64,000 nt of DNA from Lophium mytilinum. Its lineage: Eukaryota. The position numbers and the translations under genes are program-made. How positions within the stretch are numbered: the first letter of the stretch is position 1; the number at the start of each line of letters is the position of its first letter. Location: the NCBI GenBank assembly GCA_010093605.1, contig MU004181.1, positions 868,001 to 932,000 on the forward strand, in the 5' to 3' direction. Below, in pieces: positions 37,183-49,840 of the stretch. The notes beneath the pieces are model-generated. The model was not told the DNA's origin. It did no database searches and saw only the letters and a program-made list of their open reading frames with translations.

Positions 37183-40093
37183 CAGAAGCAAATATTGTGC
37201 GCTTCATGAGAACGACACGTCAGACTTAATCGAGTGGACTTTTGTGTTTTCGAAGTAATCATTGGAATGCTCATTGAAGGCAGAGGAATATCCTGCATTG
37301 AGGGAACACTATGTTCTAGCGGAGAAAAATAATCGGGCTCTGGATGCTCAGTACCGAAGCTCTGCGCTATATTGTATGGTATTGCGGGTTGTTGTAGAGG
37401 ACATTGAACGAGAGCGTGGGATGTTGACTCTCTGCATGTATGTACCAATGTGAGGTCTTCTAATGAGCTATGGCCCGAGATTTATAGTAGACAGATCCTA
37501 TAGAATCTCGTGGGTTCTACCTATGTGGCTTCGTTTTCGTGGAAGTATTGCTTGCTTCAGCGAGGCCTGGGGTTGGTGGTTGTTGGCTTGACGGGGGGCC
37601 GAATGGCGAAGAGAACGCCGCGGCTGGATCGACGGATGTGTAAGATGTGGGGGGTTTTGGCTGCTGGCCTTTTGCCTCTTGCCTGCTGTTAGTGTTTTAC
37701 AGCCTGAGAGTATTGTCCGTCAAGGAGACATGTTGCACGCAGGACATGATGCGGGTTTCAGATCGAGCGTGCTGCTCGAGGAACAGAGGTTGAGGGTATC
37801 AGAGGAAGGAGGATGGAGGTAGAAGGGTGAGAACTAAATCGAAGTGAGACTTAGAGGGCACCTCACTCCTCCGTCTCACTGGTTATACAGGAGATTCAGA
37901 GGCCGAGAGGACTAGGGTGCTCACAACGACAGGCTTCAAGGTCGCGAGATCCGGGATCCAAATGAGTATCTGGTGGTAATCCAAAGCCTTCTTGTGTCGC
38001 TTCCGAGAAATGAATCACCTACTTTTGCCAGCTTCAAGCAACTGGGCTATCGTGCATGCGATGACAATACTGAAGTGACGCACTTTTTTGGAGCACTACC
38101 CGTGCTGAGCTCCTCGTACTATACCGTCGTCTCTTGCTCGATCTTGTTTATTACTTTTTTAAGTCTTCAACATCACCTAGCTCTTTACTGATGTCAGGGA
38201 ATGGTCACCGCAAATGGCCCCCTCACAGTCATCGTAGCCCATACCCGAACCCACCCTAGAATGCGCAATTTTACAACCCCTTGAGTTCGAGGCAAACCGC
38301 CTCACTAGAGTAATGCAGCGACGTGCATCCACGACGTGGACTGGTCAGGGTCTGCGACATGAAATCGTCAACAAGACTGCGCAACGAGTGGACAGGCCAA
38401 AGCTCCTCGTCGATGCTCCTCGATGACATGAAATCGTCAGCAAGACTTCAGCAAATGCCTGTGATGAGAAAGCATGATCAGTCCTATCACAACCCATGCT
38501 CGGTATCCTTCGCTTCATCTTTATGCGAGCTAATGTGGAACACTGCATCTAAACCTCTGTGTCTTGCATTAGAGAGCGGCAACAGCACGAATCATGTCGT
38601 CGTAATGCTACGCGAATCGACTTGGCACGTGTCGACCCTATCAATGCTATATTCGAGTCAATAGCAACAATCAAACTTGATAGTTGTGGAGGGTATTGCG
38701 GCACCACGTTAATGCATCTCAGAGAATTCGTGATGATGTGGATAGCATCACCTAGTCACTCCTGCCGACCAATGCTGTGGACTCGGTACGCGCGCTGACT
38801 CTGCATCCTCGACCTCGGAGAGCGAGACTGACAGCCTATCTCTTGGCAAGCTTCATAACAGTAAAGGACAGGCTCTGATATCAGACTCGCGGACTCCAGA
38901 GCCACGTGCGCTGTCGCATCAGACATCGCGGAACCCGGGCGAAGAGCCACAGGTTTCCAAGCTGTCTGATTTCCCGGGCCAGGGCAGCGGGTCAAACAGT
39001 GCACTCCCGAAGCAGCAAGGCTCCCGAGCGCGACGTTCGAGTGGTATGCGAGATTGGGGAGGTGGAGGTACCTGTGGCGGCGGAGGATTGCGAGACAGCC
39101 TGAGGACGAGGAGGTCAGGGGGAGGAGGCCGCTTAGCATGTTTCGTCGCGGCCGGGCGATTCGGGCAGCGTGCACAGTTAGATTGTCCCGCCGTCTGGAC
39201 TCAGGCTGAGGCTCAATCATGATGGAGCATCGGGCACGTTGCCGGTGCTTTTGGTGATTGAAAGTGCGGATGAAGAGGTGGTTGGATGGAGGGGCGGTCA
39301 CTTATGCTGGTCTTTGCCCGATCGGGAACACTAATGGAGCTCTATTGGAGTTGTGGACATGCCGTCACACTCGATAGTGTACTTGATTGTATTGAAGGCA
39401 ATAGAAGGCGGCCAGACCGCGAGGAGGTGCCGTGCAGCACGTGTTGTGAAGCTTGTGCGAAGCTTGGGGGAGCTTGGTTGCAGGTGGCGGCGATCAAATG
39501 GACCCACGCCTCTGATACAGAGGGTGATTCACCCGCACTGAGGCTTTATCGGTGCTCGATCGGTCCTATCGTCAGTCTGGAGGCGGGCGCGTAATGTTGC
39601 TCGTGGCTTGGGCCTCTTCATGATACTCGACGTGCAAGAGTGAAGGAGGATAGAATATAGACCGGCTGGCTGCACGACGGCCATCACAGCACCCACGCAT
39701 CCTCACTCCCTTCCGCCATTTGCTCCTCGTCTAGTTCACGCAGCCTACTCTTTTGGTCTTTCATGTAGCCTTTGTGTCCCATAGGTCAAGCCGGCTCGTC
39801 CATTCCTGCTCGCACGGCGTCTCTGCACCCACCGTCACTATCACCGCCTCGCTGGTCTCGTCGCAGTGTCGCATGCAGTAGCTGCCCTCCACCGCGAGTC
39901 GAACACTCAGGCACCCAGTCTGACTGGATCTTATAAGCCTTGCACGCCTGCAGGTCCAGCGCTGTGAACCCGTTCGTTGGTGCCCAGTAACAGCCCGAAG
40001 CCGTCTTACCTGGTTCTCTCCCCGCCTTCCGGGCCGCGTTAAACGGCACGTCAAGCTTCGCGGAGCCGACGGACGACGACGGCCGCAGCAGTC

Positions 40094-42025
40094 ATGGATC
40101 GGGACCAGCTTCTTCTTGAACACTCGACTAAGATCCACCCGCTTCTCTCTCCCCAGCGCCATGCCTTCTTCCCTGTTCCTCCTAATTCCGACTCCTCTGC
40201 CGCCCTCACCGCAGATCCACATATAGCACCCCCAGAAGGAGAATCTGTCTCCCCCTCGTTTCACGGAGATAACCTCGTCCGCGATGCCTCCGACGTAATA
40301 CCACCAGAAACCAGTGGCACCGCGCCTGATTCTGCTGCTCCGGACGACGACACACAAATACAGACTGACGAGGCAATATCCGCTGCCTTGCCCGCTTCAG
40401 AAACCTCTGACAGCCTCACTCCGCGCCCTACAAAGTCCTTCCGAGACCACCGCGAGTCGAAGCACCGCAAGACCTACTCCATCGACTCGATCCCCCGCCA
40501 AACAATCCTCAAGGCCCTCCAGTCGCGCCCCCCGCCCACCTCCAACATGTCGATTGCGAACTCGCTGGACGACGTGGTGATGCGGGAAAAGCAAGAGGAG
40601 GAGAGCAAGAAGAACTCTGAGATCATTGCGCACACACGCCTGACAGAAGCGCTAAGCGGCCTGCAAGTCAATGGCGAGTGTTTGTCTGCAAAGAACGTGG
40701 CCGCTTTGGCGTCGCCATGTTTTTTCCACAAGAAGTTCGATCACGCCGTGAATATTGATAAAGTGCTGGACGAAATCACCGACGATGAGAGCATCTCGCA
40801 TTCCCGATTGATGCAGACGGCGACGAGCGTGCGCGAGGTGTCGAAGCAGCTCCAGCGCCGGCCGATCAAGATGAAAATACGGAATGTCATGATTGTCACG
40901 AAGGCGCGGGATAACGAGCTTGTGCATCTTACGCGCGAGCTTACGCAATGGCTGCTTTCTACCCCTCGGCATGGCTCCGATGTTGGAGTCAATGTCTACG
41001 TTGACCACAAGCTCCGCAAATCGAAGCGATTCGGCATGGACTCGATACTATCCCAGGACCCTCGGTTCGAGAAAATGCTGCGATTCTGGACGCCAGACCT
41101 CTGCTGGACCTCCCCTGAGAAATTCGACCTAGTCCTAACCCTGGGCGGTGACGGCACCGTCCTCTACACCAGCTGGCTCTTCCAGCGCATCGTGCCCCCG
41201 ATCCTCTCCTTCTCCCTCGGCAGCCTCGGCTTCCTCACCAACTTCCAATTCCACCAATACCAAGACTCTCTCAACCGCATCATGGGCGACGCCGGCATGC
41301 GCGTCAACCTCCGCATGCGCTTCACCTGCACCGTCTACCGCGCCCAATCCAACCCCCAAGACGGCGGCCCCGCGCACATCGAAGCCGAGCAATTCGAGGT
41401 CCTCAACGAGCTCGTCATCGACCGCGGCCCATCCCCCTACGTCTCCAACCTCGAGCTATACGGCGACAACGCCCTCCTCACCGTCGTGCAAGCCGACGGC
41501 TGCATCTTCTCCACCCCGACCGGCTCCACCGCCTACTCCCTCTCCGCCGGCGGCTCCCTCGTCCACCCAGACATCCCCGCCATCCTCCTCACCCCCATCT
41601 GCCCGCACACCCTCAGCTTCCGCCCCATGCTCCTCAACGACAGCATGCTCCTCCGCGTCGCTGTGCCGCGCAACTCCCGCGCGACGGCGTACTGCGCGTT
41701 TGACGGGAAGGGCCGCGTGGAGCTGCGCCAGGGCGACCATGTCAGCATCGCGGCTAGTCAGTACCCCTTCCCGACTGTGCTGTCGCAGCCGACGGAGTGG
41801 TTCGATAGCATCTCGCGCACGCTGCGATGGAACACGCGCGGCGCGATGCAGAAGGCGTGGGATGAGGGGAGTGCGCCGGAGCTGGGCGCTGGGAAGGCGG
41901 GGGAGGAGGAGAAGGGGTTTGATATTGATATCGATGATGATGCGGATCGCGATTCGGGGTACTCGGCGGAGGGGAGTAGTGCGGGGGGGAGCGCCAGCCC
42001 TGTGCGGAGAGGTGTAGTGGTGTAG
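40094..42025 (+). CDS. ATP-NAD/NADH kinase
   Basis: LGGDGTVL, FSLGSLGFLT, VLNELVIDRG, QADGCIFSTPTGSTAYSLSAGGS, TPICPHTLSFRP and FDGKGR motifs in a 643-aa ORF. Confidence 0.95.
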   Translation: MDRDQLLLEHSTKIHPLLSPQRHAFFPVPPNSDSSAALTADPHIAPPEGESVSPSFHGDNLVRDASDVIPPETSGTAPDSAAPDDDTQIQTDEAISAALPASETSDSLTPRPTKSFRDHRESKHRKTYSIDSIPRQTILKALQSRPPPTSNMSIANSLDDVVMREKQEEESKKNSEIIAHTRLTEALSGLQVNGECLSAKNVAALASPCFFHKKFDHAVNIDKVLDEITDDESISHSRLMQTATSVREVSKQLQRRPIKMKIRNVMIVTKARDNELVHLTRELTQWLLSTPRHGSDVGVNVYVDHKLRKSKRFGMDSILSQDPRFEKMLRFWTPDLCWTSPEKFDLVLTLGGDGTVLYTSWLFQRIVPPILSFSLGSLGFLTNFQFHQYQDSLNRIMGDAGMRVNLRMRFTCTVYRAQSNPQDGGPAHIEAEQFEVLNELVIDRGPSPYVSNLELYGDNALLTVVQADGCIFSTPTGSTAYSLSAGGSLVHPDIPAILLTPICPHTLSFRPMLLNDSMLLRVAVPRNSRATAYCAFDGKGRVELRQGDHVSIAASQYPFPTVLSQPTEWFDSISRTLRWNTRGAMQKAWDEGSAPELGAGKAGEEEKGFDIDIDDDADRDSGYSAEGSSAGGSASPVRRGVVV

Positions 42026-43401
42026 TATGCACCTCTGATAAGAGGGAGTGTAGCTGTCGCTGCTTGGGCTGGGTCCCGGTGGTTTTGGAGCCGTGTCGAG
42101 TGACGTGGAGATCCAGGAATTTATCTAGATTCCTCCGAAAGGCGGCTGGCTTCGAGTCGATGTTGTGATCGTAGAAGGGTGTTTTGCATTTTAGAGCGGC
42201 GTTTTCCGGTATTGAGGGGAAGCATGGATGGACTGTCTCTTTAGCTTGGAAGGGCGTCGGATATCCTGTTAGAACAAGATGTCGAGTGGGGATGAGTGCG
42301 TGATGTTGAATGGAGGGGCTTAGGGGTGGGAATGTAAATGATGTTATGATATTGTGTCATGTTTTGCGGCTCTTGAGTTGTAACTTTGTGATAAGGGTGA
42401 TGGGAGCGGAGGCAAGATGGGTGCGTGATGTAAGGTCTAGTGTTGGCGAGCGTTAGGCAAGGAAAGAAGGATTGTTTCAAACGAGAGTGGCCGTCGTAGA
42501 AGGAGATGGGTTGTGTCTCGTGTAAGAGATGGGAGGAGTTAGCTCCTGATGGAAAGGTTGTGATCGTTTGGTGGAGGGGAACGAGCAAGTGTGTACACGG
42601 GTTTGCATGTAATGAGCAGCTGCGAAGTTGATGTGAATGCTTGTGTAATTGGAGTTGCTACGGAAAAGGAACGAGCCTGTATCCAAGCTCAATACAAAGG
42701 GAGGTACTGCCTCGAATAGAACAAGACTACTCTAGAGTGGAACAGGATGAGACGAGACGGACACTCCGTCAGCATGTATGATGCAATTGGGTCTGATACT
42801 GGCGATGTGGAGGAAGAGTCGTTTTGGATTTAAGGAAGACAGAAATGGCTCTCGCGAGCGGACAGAAGAAGAGCAAGTAAAAAAACAAGGGGGGAAGTGA
42901 GCGGACGATGTCTTCTGGAACGAGATTGGTGAGTGTATTGTCAATTGGTACTCATCGTCTCTTTCAGGTTTGGGAAAGTGAATTCTAGGAGTTTGCTAGA
43001 ATAGTGTAGTAGCAGAGTCTCTAATTTCCATGGGCTCAATATAACGTTCATCTAAGTAATCATCGGCTGAATCTACGCAGATTTACTGGAGAGGTGTTTG
43101 ATACGTATGGGTCACGTGATAGATGACCATTCGGCCCGATATCCTATCCGTCCGTTCTATCCTCTCTACTCTTTACCTTCAACATTCCGTTCTTTATCAG
43201 AGTTTGATTGAAAATTGCTTCCTAGCATGGGAATACAGGGGATATCACACGTGATAAGGCTAACCAGATGGAATCTCGGATCTCAGCCTCGTTGCCTATT
43301 TCCTTCTCTTTCATCTCTCCGTCCGCTCTCTATGCTATTTTGTCGAACTCTACTTCGCCTCATCAGATTCAAGCTCAGCAACGCCCTTTTCACTCCAAGT
43401 T

Positions 43402-45775
43402 ATGGACTGTAATGAAGATGTTCCTGCGTACCCGTCCACACAAGATCGCCAAACTGGCGCTGACAGACCACAATTGCCGTTAGCTCAGCTCTGTGAGCAG
43501 TGTGACCGCCTCTTCAGGCTCGGCCCTTACCACGCTGCCCCCTCGGTTGACGGCCCACAAGTACGGGAATGGTCCGAAGTACTTCTACATCAAAATGCGT
43601 ATGACCTAGAGAAATCTGCGGCGATTTGCGTGTTTTGCGCTTGGATATGGACCAGGATACCTCCAGAAACCCGAAACAGATTGCGAGTTGCAGAGGGAGA
43701 AGAAATCTTGCCAATCTGGGTCTCGTTCAAGTTCCAAAAACATAAGCCTAAGTTCCTTTGGCTTTTGTTGGACATTTCCAGGGACGTATGGGACATGTCG
43801 AGTCAGATCTGGTACGATGAATATTCGCTAGTGTCAGTCGACGGTAGGCCGGCAGTTTGCTCACCCTATCTTTTCACGAGCTAAGTTCAAACATTGTAGC
43901 ACTTGATCCTTTCGTCAATCACAACAAAATCATGCCATCCACCTCTTCTTCAACAACACGGAAGAGAGTGGGCGGCTGGTTAGAAGCCTGCGAGAGGCAC
44001 TCTTGCGGTCACTCCAGGAAAGCACCCAAATGGCACCCAACTAGGCTTTTGGACATCGGAACCAGCTCGTCATCAGCAATCAAGCTTTGTGAAGCTGAAG
44101 AAATAGAGCTTATGGCAGATTACGCAACATTAAGTCATCGATGGGCTTCTCAAGAAATACCAAAGTTGACGAGCGAAGGGCGTGCTTCAATGAAGAGAGG
44201 AGTGCTGCCACGGCCACTTACGCGAACAATGCTGGATGCAGTACAGGTAGCTCGAGAATGGCTGAATGTTAGATATCTTTGGATTGACAGGTAAGCCATC
44301 CATGTAACCTTATGTTTTGTGACTGTTTCCTGACGCTTCCGTCTAGTCTTTGCATAATCCAGGACTCTCAAGAAGACTGGGTGACAGAATCGGCCATGAT
44401 GGCCGAGGTATATCGGAATTCATACTGCAACATAGCGGGTGCGGCCGCATCTACCGATGGCCTGTTCGTGGACAGAGACGTCTCTATGGTCCAACCCTAC
44501 GTCATAGATGTTAAGTGGGGTACAGAATTTCGTGCGCCTGGCCAATATGTGTTCTATCACGACACGAGATGGCAGCATTCGATTCGATATTCACCGCTAA
44601 TGAAGCGGGCATGGTGCATCCAAGAGATATTCCTCGCACCTCGTACCCTACACTTCGGGTCCCTCCAGGTCGGCTGGGAATGCAATGAAGCCCAAGCCTG
44701 CGAAACAGTTCCGCTCGGACTTGACCACAAGCCATTGTGGATCGAAGAATTTCCTAGTGCGTGGAAGGACATCTGCAGAATCCGCGATCAGCAGGTCTCA
44801 GTAGCACCGGACACGCATATCAAACTGGATAGACCTAAGCTATATAAGTTATGGGATGCAGTAGTGACTAGGTACTCATTAGCACATCTCTCTTTCGTAA
44901 AAGACAAGCTCGCTGCCCTTGCAGGTATCGCATCCTTCGTCGAAGATTTACTGGAAGACGAATATCTCGTGGGAATGTGGCGTTCTGACCTAGCTAGGCA
45001 GCTATGTTGGTTTGGGATGAATCCGGATCGCTGTACCCGTCCGTCTGAATATATCGCCCCAACCTGGTCCTGGCTGTCCTTGAACAACAGCCATATCTCA
45101 AAGCCTGATTATAGGGAATATGCCGTTTTTGTGGATATTCAGGACGCTCAGGTGCTATGCGAACCGAACGACCGAGAAACCTCAAAAAAAGTCCGTATCA
45201 CGGGGGGCTTCCTAGATGTCGCGTGCTTTTTGGTCCCTGGCGTTCTCACGGTTAAGGACGTCGCTGGTGGAAGGGCCTATAAAGTCAGTGGGAAAGGAAG
45301 CTCCTTTCCTCTCAAGTTCCGGATGGACATCGACATACATCTACACGAGACTAGGGACGTTTGGCTTATGCCGGTTCTCGGAGGTCGAACCCTTACAGGA
45401 CTCATCCTCGAAAGACGGAACAATGACAAGGGGGCATTTCGCAGACTGGGAATGTTTGACAAATTTTATTGGGGGACCCACTTTTGGGAACTTGCGTTCG
45501 AATCTATTCCTGGGGCGACGGGGACGATTGCTACAGAGAGCCAGAGACTCTGGAGGCCACAGGAACCCTGGGAAGACGAGGAACCTTTTCACAAGACCGA
45601 GGCCCCATTACGCAAAAGTAGGAGCGCATTTGAGGATTGGGATGATGTGACTAAGCCAAGTGATGGCGTGTGGTTTTTAGACATCAGTCGTGTTGTCCAC
45701 GGAAACGAACGAGGTTTGCCGCCTCCGTATAAAAAGTACGACGGAGTATCCCGGTTGAAGATTCGAATTATATAA
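43402..45775 (+). CDS. HET-domain (heterokaryon incompatibility) protein
   Basis: Three exons (introns 43844-43899, 44291-44346); PTRLLDI, YATLSHRW, RYLWIDSLCIIQD, EDWVTESAMMAEVY, PLMKRAWCIQE, DKLAALAGIA and APTWSWLS. Confidence 0.92.
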
Positions 45776-45976
45776 CAGCCATTACAATGTCCCAATGTGC
45801 ACGCAAGCAGTTTCCTTTCCCGTTCAGGAATCTGAGCTACTCATGCTTCCAGCCGGAGCTGTAGCTGTGAGGTTACAAAAGCACAGCATATTTTCCGAGA
45901 GTAGAGGAGTTCGCACATACCTACTTTAATGGCCCATTTCGTACCTCATGTAGCTAGCTACAAGTCTCTCTGTCAC

Positions 45977-47058
45977 TCAGCTCGACGGCGTAGCTCCGGG
46001 GATAGCCAACCGCGCACTCTTCAGCATCCCACGCGAGAACCACAGCCCAGCAGCTGCGAGTAAGTTCGCCGGCAACCCTAGCCCGATACCCAGCCCAAGC
46101 TGTACCTGCTGATCAAGAGAGTACTCTACATCTGGTCAATTCTTTTCACTTCAACTTGACTACAGAAGAATACTCACTGCCCTTATGGTGCGTCGATGTC
46201 GAATTAGGATCTACACCAACAACCGGTATCGCCCAGACATGTGGCGGATACTTCTGTCCCGCGCAAAAGGTCGCCAACGCACCCATCATGTCTGCATATG
46301 CGGCATCTGGGTCCACAGACGTACTCATATGCATCCCGCAGTAATCAACGCTACTGTTATACGTTAGGTCAAAGGTAGCGTCGAAGTTGCCCGTTGTCGT
46401 ATTGCACAGGCAGTCAGAGGTCTTGCAATGTCGAGCGTCTGCGACGCCCTTGTACAGTGCCCAGTTGGGAAGGTGGTTCATGGGTCCGCAATTGGTCTCG
46501 GTGCGGTTGCCGTCGGCGTCGAGGCAGGCGTTTAGTACGAATTTGGCGCAGGCGGTCAGGTTTTGCTTGTCGGTGTATGTGATTCGGAAGATTTTGCCAT
46601 CTGGAAACATTCACGATCAATATGATATTGAGACTATCAAGCATGGTCGTCTTTCAGTCTGATAATGACTACGTACCGGGTGGATTGGGCTTGGCCTGTT
46701 GCGTACCGTTCGTAGCGTAGACGATGCAAAGATCCTCAAACGCCGTCACAGCACTGTCAACATCGGCCTGGTCACCGCAAGAGCTCGAGGCGCAGCTAGT
46801 GACATTGGAGAGTCCGTATTGGAAGTTCTCCCCCAGTGTACTTTCAGAACATACACATCCCCAACTGACGCATTCGAGGTTTCCGTTGTGGATCTTATGG
46901 TTCACCTCACTAACACAGCTCTTTGCGCAGTTGGGTAGAGTTTGATAGATTCCAGTTTCGTTGGCAGTAGACCATGCGTCATAGCTGTTGTTCCGCGCCG
47001 CGAGAGACCCTGGAAGTGCGAGGAATACTGTACGGTAGAGTATCGTTGACAACCTCAT
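45977..47058 (-). CDS. Secreted/membrane-anchored protein with two CFEM-like Cys-rich modules
   Basis: Signal peptide MRLSTILYRTVFLALPGSLA; LPNCAKSC..C..GCVC..C....C..LC module; second Cys module in exon 2; exon 3 encodes SLDQQVQLGLGIGLGLPANLLAAAGLWF (TM); introns 46601-46676 and 46126-46177. Confidence 0.72.
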
Positions 47059-47134
47059 GTTTGAAGTTTTCGTCTTGTTGAGTTTGTGAAATGTCTGGAA
47101 GGTGACGATCCAAGATCTGATCATCGCTTTTCAG

Positions 47135-47319
47135 CTCAGCTGAAGGCATACAGTATTGGCTTCCGTCCCTAGTGAGGCTCGACGAGGCTGACCTCACATG
47201 TGAGGTTGCGCACATCGCTAGGGCTGGCCTCAGCTGAAGGCATCCAACATTGGCTTCCGTCCCCAGTAAGGCTCGACGAGGCTGATCCTCGTATGTGAGT
47301 TTGCCCACATCGCTAAGGC
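47135..47319. repeat. Imperfect tandem duplication, 2 x ~94 bp
   Basis: CTCAGCTGAAGGCAT..ATTGGCTTCCGTCCC..AGGCTCGACGAGGCTGA..ATGTGAG..CACATCGCTA starts at both 47135 and 47229. Confidence 0.9.
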
Positions 47320-47589
47320 AGTTCCCAGCCTCACGCGGCTGGAAAGAGCCTATCAGAGATACGATGGGATCAAGTTAGTCTATTGCCAAGATAAATACAC
47401 GAGAAGGCTTGATACTATATATACTCAGCCTCGTGGTCTCGGTCCTCAGGCAAACGCTTAAATATGCCGAGGCGCATTTGGAGAAGAAATTCCCAATTCA
47501 AATAGGACTTATTCTTGCTCGTGCCCGGAAAGCCGCGACAACCGCCACGTAAGACACGAGCTTTGGAGAAATATATTAAGAGGAACACC

Positions 47590-48234
47590 ATGAAGGAGCT
47601 TTTACCAGCATACGTTCTCCTAATTGAGGCGGTTCTGCTATGCGGAGTTAGTGCAGGCGATCCAACTCCACTGATCACACAAATCGTTACCGGGACCTTT
47701 TCGATCGATCCCCAGCGCACCTCATATGCCATTGAAGAACCGACGATTGCAGCAAATAGTAGGTTTTAGCACCGCGATAATCGACCCGAGCGACCAGAAT
47801 TTTGACATTTGAATGCAGCTTTGCCGGTTCCCACTGCCCTAATAAGCAAGACGAGCTCGAATGGTAGAAAACTTCAAGTCACCATAGCCCTGATCGCTGC
47901 TTTTATCGTCCCTTTCGTCATGTTCCTCATCGGCATCTGCATTTATCAACGTTCTGCCTCTGAGGTTCGTCGCCAGAAGGGAATCACGCTCATCGAGTGG
48001 AGAGACTGGCGCCCGAAGACCCAAGAAGACCAAGGGATCGACCAGAACAGGCCAGGGTCTGCTGGAGTACGACTCAGACCGCAAGATACGATGGCACTTA
48101 CGACAATGTCGCTGCGGACAGGAGGACACAATAGTCCGGTCGCATCCGTCTTGGAATTGACGCGGGACCTCAGAGCGAGCCAGCTGCAGCCTGCAGGTAC
48201 CACAGGTACAATCGAGCGCAAGAGGGTGGTATAA
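47590..48234 (+). CDS. Small type I single-pass membrane protein, unknown function
   Basis: Signal peptide MKELLPAYVLLIEAVLLCGVSA; intron 47759-47818; TM segment VTIALIAAFIVPFVMFLIGICIY. Confidence 0.6.
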
Positions 48235-48543
48235 CATCGTCGTTGGGATCTCCTCAACGAGAGTTCATGATGATTTCACCCTCTTGGCTTATCTTGCACA
48301 TATGAAAGTTATATTTCTTCAGTAGAACATCTTTGGTCCTTTCCGATCCACAGCCACGTAGTCGAGGTAGCGGTCACACGTGTGATGTTCTTGAGGGCAA
48401 CCATAAAACTTCCATTCTGGAAGAGACTGTTGAAATCACATACCTGTCTAAGACTTTAAAATGAAAGATGAGGCTTAATCAGCTTACTAGTATAAGGCGC
48501 ACGAAGCAACTTGCCTTCACCTCATAACGCGTCCAATCTTCCA

Positions 48544-49473
48544 TTAGAAATCGCACGACTCAGCTAGCAACGCTGCTATCGTCTCTAACGCCTCCTTATC
48601 GTCCTCATCGAAGCCATTTAATTCTGCGCAATCTATGTCGATTATAGCCACAACCTGTGCATGAATCAACCTATTAGCCTCCTGCTCCCGGTATGAATGC
48701 ACGGGGTATTGATTCTTAAAACGCGCATTCCCAACACGCACCTTTCCCTTTTGTATTATGGGTACTACTATCTCACTCTTACTCGCCGCGTCGCAAGCAA
48801 TATGTCCCGGAAACGCCTCTACATCCTTCACTAGTTGTGTTGTCTGGGCCGAGGCAGCGGTCCCGCACACCCCGCGACCAAACCCGATAGTTTGGCATGC
48901 GACGTGGCCTTGGAAGGGGCCGAGGAGGAGTTGTGAAGGGGTGGTGGGATCTAGGACGTAGAAGCCGCACCAGTTTACGGCGGATGAGGGCGAAGGGAGG
49001 GAGTGGAGAGCATGGTAGATGAGGGAGGATGCGTTGGAGAGGTTGCTGAGGTGATTAATTTGGAGGACTTGGGAAGGCAGGGCGGTACCAGAAGTTACCA
49101 GACCTGTCATAATGTTAGCTTTCCATGGATTTAGGGTTCTTAGGACCTTTATGAGTGCGTTCTCGAGAGGTTTTGTCGCTATGTCGTGCAAATATAGAAC
49201 TTTGCGCAACTTCATGCATCCTCACGTATTGGTCTATCTTTTCATGGAGCTCAACGAATGTGAAGGTTAAACAACTAAATATGAATACTGTGTTACATAC
49301 CCAATTCCTCTGCCCATCAAAGAGACCGCGCGAATGCTCCACTACCTGCGCGTACACATCCTTCTTCGTGAGCCCTGAGGCGAAGTTTGAAGCTTCCGCA
49401 TGATGCATCTGTTTCCCTGTTAACTCATCACCTCTCAATTTCGGCTTATGGCGATCGCGTTAAGGCGTACCAT
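48544..49473 (-). CDS. GAF-domain free methionine-R-sulfoxide reductase (fRMsr/MsrC, YKL069W-like)
   Basis: QRNWVCNLSNASSL, VNWCGFY, LLLGPFQGHVACQTI, GRGVCGTAA, FPGHIACDAASKSEIVVP and IIDIDC; includes a 5-nt micro-exon at 49099-49103. Confidence 0.9.
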
Positions 49474-49840
49474 CACGAAAGTCGCAAAGTGAGATGATGA
49501 TGCGATTTTCGCAGTTGATGATGGAGTTAGGCCCTTTTTGGCGGATATATAATGCCACGCACAGACCTTCGTGAGACGTAGATCAGTTTAGCCCTGAAAG
49601 TAACTTTTGTCTTGGACAACTCTTCGGCCACTAATCAATAATTATTGCATTCGATATCATGTTGTCGTTCAGGATCGGCATAGACAGTAAGAGAAGTATA
49701 AAAGGGTCTCGAGTTCCCAGGATAGCCTTAATGTAAGCTCCTTCGTTTCGCCTTCTGTTTGGCGATACAACTCGCGTCCAAGTCCAATCGGCAACGATAT
49801 AAGCACAAGAGCGAAGTAGCTATATTCTATCTGCCTCAAG

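Noticed and set aside
38356..38447. 23-bp near-identical repeat at 69-bp spacing (GACATGAAATCGTCA[A/G]CAAGACT)
   Set aside because: Only two copies, so not a CRISPR-like array, and there is no associated gene.
39286..39594. Short ORF with CGH..C..CSTCC pattern
   Set aside because: It could mimic a small Zn-binding protein, but there is no supporting gene structure; likely chance within the NAD kinase upstream region.
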